Source: Patescibacteria group bacterium (lineage in GTDB: Bacteria; Patescibacteriota; Microgenomatia; Levybacterales; UBA12049). Taken from it: 63,003 nt of DNA. The position numbers and the translations under genes were made by a program. Location of the stretch: positions 1 through 63,003 of the forward strand of contig DATKGX010000033.1 of assembly GCA_035510555.1 (NCBI GenBank), written 5' to 3'. Under the pieces are notes generated by a model. That model worked only from the letters and a program-made list of their open reading frames with translations, made no database searches and had not been told where the DNA came from. Shown here in pieces: positions 57,884 to 63,003 of this stretch; position 1 is the stretch's first letter, and the number at the start of each line of letters is the position of its first letter.

Positions 57884-58778
57884 AAACCCTTAATTTTGCG
57901 CTTCTCGAACGGGAATTCTGCTCTTTTTCTTTCTCTCCCGCTTCAATTGGCTTTTCGGTAATTATTTGCCCCAAACCCTTCTCGGCAAAACCTTTGAAGA
58001 TCTTTTTTACTATTCCGTCCTCCAAAGAATGAAAGCTAATTACCGCGATTCTTCCTTTTTCTTCCAAAAGCTCAAGTGCTTGCGGCAACGTGTTTTCGAT
58101 ATTTTCGAGTTCATTATTTACCGCCATCCGCAAAGCTTGAAATACCTTTTGGTTGATTTTATTTTTCGTAAAATCCGAAACTTCCCCCGTAATCCCATAG
58201 GCCTTGGCAACCACATCTGCCAATTCTTGGGTCGTCTGTATTGCCTTTATTTTACGGGCGCCGACAATACTACTAGAAACGGTCCGAGCACGATGCTCTT
58301 GACCAAGTTTATTAAATAAATCATAAAGTTCTCCTTTCCCTAAAAGATTAACCAGAGTTTCCGCTGTCACCGCTTCCTCTTTATCCATACGCATATCCAG
58401 CGGTCCCTCTCTTAAAAAACTGAATCCTCTTTCGGCTGAATCTACTTGATGAGAAGAAACTCCTAAGTCAAATAGAACTGCGCTAACCCGATTAAAATTA
58501 TTTAAATGTGCAATTTCTCCTAAATCCTTAAAATTCCCCTTCGTTAAAACCAATTCGTGATTCGTGATTCGTGATTCTTGATTCGAGCGAACATATTCTA
58601 AAGCGTCCTGATCGACATCAATCCCCAAGACTCTAGCCCCTTTTTCCAAAAGCGCCTTGGTGTGTCCGCCACCGCCGATTGTCGCATCTATGTATTTCTT
58701 GCCTAATTGAACTTTTACAAGTTCAATTACTTCTTTTAAAAGTACCGGCGTATGATAATTATTCATCACGCTTTTCAC
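57870..58778 (-). CDS. rsmH: 16S rRNA (cytosine1402-N4)-methyltransferase
   Basis: HTPVLLKEV...DATIGGGGHT...DLGVSSHQ...SFHSLED are RsmH/MraW signatures. GTG start. Confidence 0.93.
   Translation of the reverse strand: MKSVMNNYHTPVLLKEVIELVKVQLGKKYIDATIGGGGHTKALLEKGARVLGIDVDQDALEYVRSNQESRITNHELVLTKGNFKDLGEIAHLNNFNRVSAVLFDLGVSSHQVDSAERGFSFLREGPLDMRMDKEEAVTAETLVNLLGKGELYDLFNKLGQEHRARTVSSSIVGARKIKAIQTTQELADVVAKAYGITGEVSDFTKNKINQKVFQALRMAVNNELENIENTLPQALELLEEKGRIAVISFHSLEDGIVKKIFKGFAEKGLGQIITEKPIEAGEKEKEQNSRSRSAKLRVFERN
58553..58587 (-). repeat. Heptanucleotide tandem repeat inside rsmH
   Basis: + strand: attcgtg x3 (58553-58573), then attcttg and attcgag. Encodes SNQESRITNHE in a variable part of RsmH. 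Confidence 0.85.
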
Positions 58779-59205
58779 CCTCTTTTTTAATGAGCCGCTT
58801 TGAAATCGAATCGATATTTTTCTCTAAACCTTTTCGATACAAAAGCCACTTCTTTTTGTCCCAAATTTCAACGTACCGGGATAATCCTATGAAGACGACA
58901 TCATCTTCAACTCCCGCAAATTCTCTAAGATAAGCTGGTAATACAAACCTGCCTTTACCATCGAGCTCAATCCCTGATGCTCCTCCAAGTAAGAATCTTT
59001 GAGTTTCTCGAGTTTCTGACTCAATAAACGGTCTGCCCTCGGTTCCCTCAAGGAGAGCTCTCCAATTTTCTTCTGATACGACGATGAGCGAGTTCTCATA
59101 ACCTAAAGTAATAATTAACTTATCTCCCAAAACTTCCCTGAATTTCTTTGGAAATGCTGTTCTACCTTTTGCGTCAACTTTTCCATCATATTGCCCTAGT
59201 AACAT
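58759..59205 (-). CDS. mraZ: Transcriptional regulator MraZ (start revised to the ATG at 59205)
   Basis: MLLGQYDGKVDAKGR...LDGKGRFVLP are the two MraZ DxxxR/SpoVT-AbrB repeats. AAAGG SD 7 nt upstream of the ATG at 59205. The track's longer ORF runs through the operator repeats. Confidence 0.85.
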   Translation of the reverse strand: MLLGQYDGKVDAKGRTAFPKKFREVLGDKLIITLGYENSLIVVSEENWRALLEGTEGRPFIESETRETQRFLLGGASGIELDGKGRFVLPAYLREFAGVEDDVVFIGLSRYVEIWDKKKWLLYRKGLEKNIDSISKRLIKKEGEKRDE

Positions 59206-59222
59206 AACCTGCCTTTCTGTGT

Positions 59223-59247
59223 CCCACCTTTTCCCACTGTGGACCAC
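59223..59247 (-). promoter_or_regulatory. Putative MraZ operator: three GTGG(G/T) direct repeats at 10-nt spacing
   Basis: Minus strand: GTGGT (59247-59243), GTGGG (59237-59233), GTGGG (59227-59223). The last repeat ends 17 nt before the mraZ ATG. Confidence 0.55.
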
Positions 59248-59315
59248 TTTATTCCATTCTGCAGCAGTTTTCACGGAGTGTCAAGAGGCAAAGGGGGTGC
59301 TTTAGTGTCTAGAAC

Positions 59316-59343
59316 AAAAAAAATCACTAGATTTAGTGATTTT
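59316..59343 (-). terminator. Rho-independent terminator upstream of the dcw operon
   Basis: The minus strand reads aaaatcacta-aatc-tagtgatttt followed by more T residues. Lies downstream of the 174-aa ORF stop at 59365. Confidence 0.6.
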
Positions 59344-59364
59344 GCTTGCTCCGTGAAAATAAAT

Positions 59365-59889
59365 TTATTGCGCGGCTGGGGTTAGTTGAACTTGATAGAC
59401 TTTCCCATCGGTTTTAGTTACTTTTACAATTAATTGAACTTGGGTAATGCCGGAATCATAATGGCAAACGTCCGAGCAGGTTCCAAACACCATTTTCTGC
59501 GTAATTGTTTGCCCCGGAGTTTTAACGTCAACGTGGCCGATGGTTCCTCTGGGAATGCTTTGTCCGGAAACTTCTGCATTATAAGAAAGCTGATAATCAA
59601 CCGATGTAATGTCGCTGGTTTTGGTAATAGTCAGGGTCGCAGTTTGCATATTGGCGGCCTCAACCAGAGTTAAACCAATATCCCCAGGCTGTAATGACAG
59701 AACGGGAACTTCGGTCGGAGCGGCATTTTGAGCAGTCTGGGTTGAACTTGAACCTTTAGTCAGCATCACAACTCCAACTACGACCAAAACCAAAGCTAAA
59801 ACCGCAACTCCGGCGGCTACTAAAACTCTTTTGTCTTTTAAATATTTCTCCACTAAAATTAGCATAAACAAAACTAATCTTGATGTCAA
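59365..59889 (-). CDS. Membrane-anchored hypothetical protein
   Basis: One TM helix (VLVAAGVAVLALVLVVVGVVML) followed by a ~120-aa beta-rich domain. No recognised family; start uncertain. Confidence 0.5.
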   Translation of the reverse strand: MTSRLVLFMLILVEKYLKDKRVLVAAGVAVLALVLVVVGVVMLTKGSSSTQTAQNAAPTEVPVLSLQPGDIGLTLVEAANMQTATLTITKTSDITSVDYQLSYNAEVSGQSIPRGTIGHVDVKTPGQTITQKMVFGTCSDVCHYDSGITQVQLIVKVTKTDGKVYQVQLTPAAQ

Positions 59890-59904
59890 GAGTCCGAAGA
59901 TTTA

Positions 59905-60321
59905 CTAAGGTCTTGGATATTTTATACGATGAGGAACGGGCGCCGCACCCTCCAGAAGAGTCACCATCCTTGGATCACTGCGGGAAATTCCTATTTTTTC
60001 TGCTATAGCGAAAACCGTAGGTATTGAGGTTCGCGCTTTTCCTCTCTCGATTAAACTTACGGTTGCTCTTGATATGCCTACTAATTGCGCTAGTTGGCTT
60101 TGCGATAATCCCAAACATTCCCTTTCTTGTTTTATTATCGCTCCTTTATCCATAAGTTTTGGGTTAATTACTCCTACCTGTTCTAGAAGAATCGATTTTA
60201 CGCTATTTGGCTCACCGCCACTAACAATTCCTGCAATTCCCACAACCTCTTTTGTTAATTGAGCTGCTGCTACTGCATCAGGTAAATTAACTTCTAATGT
60301 TAGTCTATATTCTGGGCTCAT
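59905..60321 (-). CDS. XRE-family helix-turn-helix protein
   Basis: LGLSQSQLAQLVGISRATVSLIERGK is a canonical Cro/C1-type HTH in the C-terminal half. The N-terminal ~60 aa is unrecognised. Confidence 0.7.
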   Translation of the reverse strand: MSPEYRLTLEVNLPDAVAAAQLTKEVVGIAGIVSGGEPNSVKSILLEQVGVINPKLMDKGAIIKQERECLGLSQSQLAQLVGISRATVSLIERGKARTSIPTVFAIAEKIGISRSDPRMVTLLEGAAPVPHRIKYPRP

Positions 60322-60382
60322 GAAATAAGATTCTAACAGATTATAGGCTTAGATTCAATAGGTTAAGGGGGAGATTATAATC

Positions 60383-61693
60383 TTAGCTGTGATTATTTAC
60401 TTTGTCGTTATAGTAGGCGGGAAAACCGCTGATTGAGATTCTATCTTGTTTACCTGTATCACGGTTTCTAACTGTGACCGTGTCGTCTTCCAGAGTTTGG
60501 AAATCAACTGTTATACAAAATGGCGTGCCGATTTCATCCTGGGCAAAATAGCGTTTGCCGATGTTTCCCCTGTCGTCCCACGCCACCATCATATTTTGCC
60601 TTAAATCTTCGTACATTGCGCGGGCTTTATCGACCAACTCTTTTTTATTGGCCAAAAGCGGAAAAACCGCCACTTTATATGGCGCCAGTTTAGGATTAAG
60701 CTTGAGAAAAACTCTTTTTTCATCTTCTCTGTAAGCATCGAGTAAAAATGCTAACATTGCCCGGCCGACACCGACCGACGGCTCAATTACGTAAGGGATG
60801 AACTTCTTCTTAGTTTCTTCGTCAAAATACGAAAGGTCCCTCCCCGAAGCTTTTTGATGAACGGATAAATCGTAATCACCGCGATTAGCGATTCCTTCAA
60901 GCTCGGCAAAGCCCATAAACGGCCAGTTATACCAAATTTCGGTTGTGCCTTTGGAATAATGCGCCAAATCTTTCTTATCCAATTCTTCTTTTTTGAGGTT
61001 TTTTGGATCAATTCCCAAATTAATGTACCAATCAAATCTTTTTTCAATCCAATCTTTATGCGCTTTGGAGGCATCGTCCGGCTTGACAAAATACTCCAGC
61101 TCCATCATCTCAAACTCCCGCACTCGGAATAAGAAATTGCCGGTGGTAATTTCGTTTCGAAAGCCCTTGCCGATCTGCGCAATTCCAAAAGGCACTCTCA
61201 CTCTGGTACTTTCCAAAACGCTTTTGTAATTAATGAAAATCCCCTGTGCCGTTTCCGGACGAAGATAGGTTTTATTGTCCTCGTTGTCAACCGGTCCGAC
61301 ATAGGTTTTAAACATCAGGTTAAAAGCTTTAACATCCGTCCATTCGTTTTTGCCTTCGTGAAGCTTAACGTGCTCTTCGATCTCTTTTTTATTGTCAGCT
61401 CTAAATCTGGCGTGACAGACTTTGCATTCGATTAAAGGATCCGTAAAAGAAGAGATATGGCCTGAGGCTTCCCAGACCTTGGCGTTTAAAACGATTGAAG
61501 AATCAATTCCGACAATATTGTCATTCTTAAGAACCATCGAGTTCCACCATTCATTCTTGAGGTTGTTTGAAAGCAAGACTCCTGCCGGACCTAAGTCCCA
61601 TGTGCCGTTTAAACCGCCGTATAATTCACTCCCCGGAAAAATAAAACCGCGGCGCTTGCAAAGCGCTACCAATTTATCCATGAGATTCTCCAT
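60383..61693 (-). CDS. glyQS: Glycine--tRNA ligase (alpha2 type)
   Basis: LCKRRGFIFPGSELYGGLNGTWDLGP..., LRPETAQGIF and GKGFRNEIT are class II GlyRS signatures. Confidence 0.93.
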   Translation of the reverse strand: MENLMDKLVALCKRRGFIFPGSELYGGLNGTWDLGPAGVLLSNNLKNEWWNSMVLKNDNIVGIDSSIVLNAKVWEASGHISSFTDPLIECKVCHARFRADNKKEIEEHVKLHEGKNEWTDVKAFNLMFKTYVGPVDNEDNKTYLRPETAQGIFINYKSVLESTRVRVPFGIAQIGKGFRNEITTGNFLFRVREFEMMELEYFVKPDDASKAHKDWIEKRFDWYINLGIDPKNLKKEELDKKDLAHYSKGTTEIWYNWPFMGFAELEGIANRGDYDLSVHQKASGRDLSYFDEETKKKFIPYVIEPSVGVGRAMLAFLLDAYREDEKRVFLKLNPKLAPYKVAVFPLLANKKELVDKARAMYEDLRQNMMVAWDDRGNIGKRYFAQDEIGTPFCITVDFQTLEDDTVTVRNRDTGKQDRISISGFPAYYNDKVNNHS

Positions 61694-61720
61694 AAAGCAA
61701 TAATAGCAAAAAAGTGGCAG

Positions 61721-62263
61721 TTATGAAAGCTGGTGAAGCATTGACTTAGTTTTTAAGCTTCTCTCCAGAATATTCTCGATCAACTCTTGTGTATTTATTT
61801 TCGTAGTTGAACTTGATTGAGTATGAAAGCCTAATAACCTTAATAACTCCAATTCAAATTCATAAATAATTTCCTGTAGATTCTCTTCTTTTGATAATTT
61901 CCTAAGCGTCCGGCCTAAAAGCATGAAGACCTCCGGATTTTCCTGATTTTCAGCGCACAGTCCGTCAATGAGTTCACAAACGTGGTAGGCAAAACCAATC
62001 CGCTTGAGATCTTTTTTAAGTAAGGGAAAACTTTCTTTCGATTCAACTTCGGTTAAAACCGGCATGCCTTTACCCTGATATAAACCGAAAATACAATAAT
62101 TCAACGGCTCAATGTGGGGAGAACGGCGGCTGGCAATTTTCCGAACACCCGTCGCTTTTACCTTAATTTTGCCGTTTTTCTTGGTAAAGATGGTGACAAT
62201 TCTGTCGGCTTCGGAGTAGTTACTGCGCTTAATAACTATGCCTTCAGCTCTAAAAGATCGCAT
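61721..62263 (-). CDS. recO: DNA repair protein RecO (short form)
   Basis: The N-terminal OB-fold pattern AEGIVIKRSNYSEADRIVTIFTKKNGKI is typical of RecO. At 180 aa it lacks the C-terminal zinc domain. Confidence 0.7.
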   Translation of the reverse strand: MRSFRAEGIVIKRSNYSEADRIVTIFTKKNGKIKVKATGVRKIASRRSPHIEPLNYCIFGLYQGKGMPVLTEVESKESFPLLKKDLKRIGFAYHVCELIDGLCAENQENPEVFMLLGRTLRKLSKEENLQEIIYEFELELLRLLGFHTQSSSTTKINTQELIENILERSLKTKSMLHQLS

Positions 62264-62264
62264 A

Positions 62265-63003
62265 TTACCTCAACTTGAGATTAAAGGTTTTATCGGAAGA
62301 AAGATTAAACTGTTCTAACGTTCTACCACCCGTAGTCAGAGTGTAGGCGCTATCCGCAGTCCCGCCTTGCTTTTGCACCATTAACGGCAAGAGTGAACTT
62401 TGCGCCAGTTTGAAGGGCAATTTGTAGGAAACCGTTAATTTTGCCACACCCTGCGGCCTAACGGTTAAGAAACCATCAAAAACGGTTTTACCCAAATCCT
62501 CATAGGTGGTCATTTTTACTTCCGAGCCCGTGTTGGAGATTAACTGACTACCTTGGGGCACATAAATTCGCACCCAATCTCTTAAGACAGCATTTAAACA
62601 TAAGTTCCCTCTCTCCAAATTACAATCTGACGGCGGATAAGGATTTTTGTAATCAACTGTTACTGTTTTAACGATTGAGCCATCACTTTGTAAATTATAA
62701 TCTTGGGTAACCGCTTCGCTGACAAACATGTTTGATTTTGCACCGCCAAAATTAGCCTCGTTAATATTAAAGTAGTCTCCGGCAAACGGCATCACTCTAC
62801 CGGCTGCATTCAATCCGTCAAAACCGGCTTGAGCATTAACATCATTCATGTAGAAAAGGACGTGTTTTTGGTTCATTTCCGAAAGCATGGTCTGGAATAA
62901 AGGTCCCCAGTAAAGCTTTGGCGAAGAAGAAAAAGCTTTGGACATAATCGCGTACATCAAATCGCCGATAATTCCTTTCCTGTTTTGCTTAACAATTTGG
63001 GCC
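62265..63003 (-). CDS. C-terminal part of a DUF4012-like extracytoplasmic protein (5' end beyond the window)
   Basis: The reading frame stays open to the window edge. The segment ANFGGAKSNMFV...VRIYVPQGSQLI resembles DUF4012 proteins as I recall them. Confidence 0.4.
   Translation of the reverse strand, partial: AQIVKQNRKGIIGDLMYAIMSKAFSSSPKLYWGPLFQTMLSEMNQKHVLFYMNDVNAQAGFDGLNAAGRVMPFAGDYFNINEANFGGAKSNMFVSEAVTQDYNLQSDGSIVKTVTVDYKNPYPPSDCNLERGNLCLNAVLRDWVRIYVPQGSQLISNTGSEVKMTTYEDLGKTVFDGFLTVRPQGVAKLTVSYKLPFKLAQSSLLPLMVQKQGGTADSAYTLTTGGRTLEQFNLSSDKTFNLKLR

Noticed and set aside
59206-59274. The 23-codon N-terminal extension of mraZ given by the ORF track (GTG at 59274).
   Set aside because: The extension covers the GTGG operator repeats, has no SD and precedes a canonical SD-led MLLGQY MraZ start. 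I treat it as 5' leader.

Overview
This is a low-GC, gene-dense bacterial segment. Its gene content suggests a small-genome Patescibacteria/CPR-like organism (inference): split glmU, short atpH, many GT-C membrane glycosyltransferases, tRNA genes without encoded CCA, and a DUF4012-like ORF. Layout, left to right:
- 1-5957: complete atpB-E-F-H-A-G-D-C operon.
- 6003-6075: tRNA-Thr(CGT).
- 6.2-28.2 kb: a ~23-kb envelope-glycosylation island. It carries rfbC, a sugar C-methyltransferase, a Wzx-like flippase, a Wzy/O-antigen-ligase-like protein, GT2 and GT4 enzymes, a polyprenyl-phosphate GT2, six large GT-C-like membrane proteins (two fused to GT2) and an SGNH-like ORF.
- 28.3-30.2 kb: two orphan genes flanking tRNA-Val(CAC).
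- 30.3-38.6 kb: lepB, rplU-rpmA-parB, rodA, ileS and a 716-aa VirD4/HerA-like ATPase.
- About 38.9-41.5 kb: a ~2.6-kb high-GC four-gene island on the minus strand. It encodes a lipoprotein, a 47-aa Flp-type pilin that is absent from the ORF track, a zinc-ribbon ORF and a C-terminally anchored surface protein.
- 41.8-59.2 kb: an NYN-domain gene, then a long dcw cluster read on the minus strand: mraZ-rsmH-ftsL-ftsI-murE-murC-murA-glmU(split)-HAD-yvcK-mraY-ftsW-murG-ftsQ-ftsA-ftsZ.
- 59.4-63.0 kb: a membrane protein, an XRE-type HTH gene, glyQS, recO and a partial DUF4012-like ORF.

I saw no rRNA, CRISPR array, transposase or integrase. The most unusual signals are the compositionally foreign surface-protein/Flp island, a shared ~39-nt trailer element plus partial tRNA duplications at the two inward-facing tRNAs that bracket the glycosylation island, and recurrent consensus promoters placed 5-8 nt from start codons, which imply leaderless mRNAs. 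All protein calls rest on motif recognition in the supplied translations; no database search was possible.
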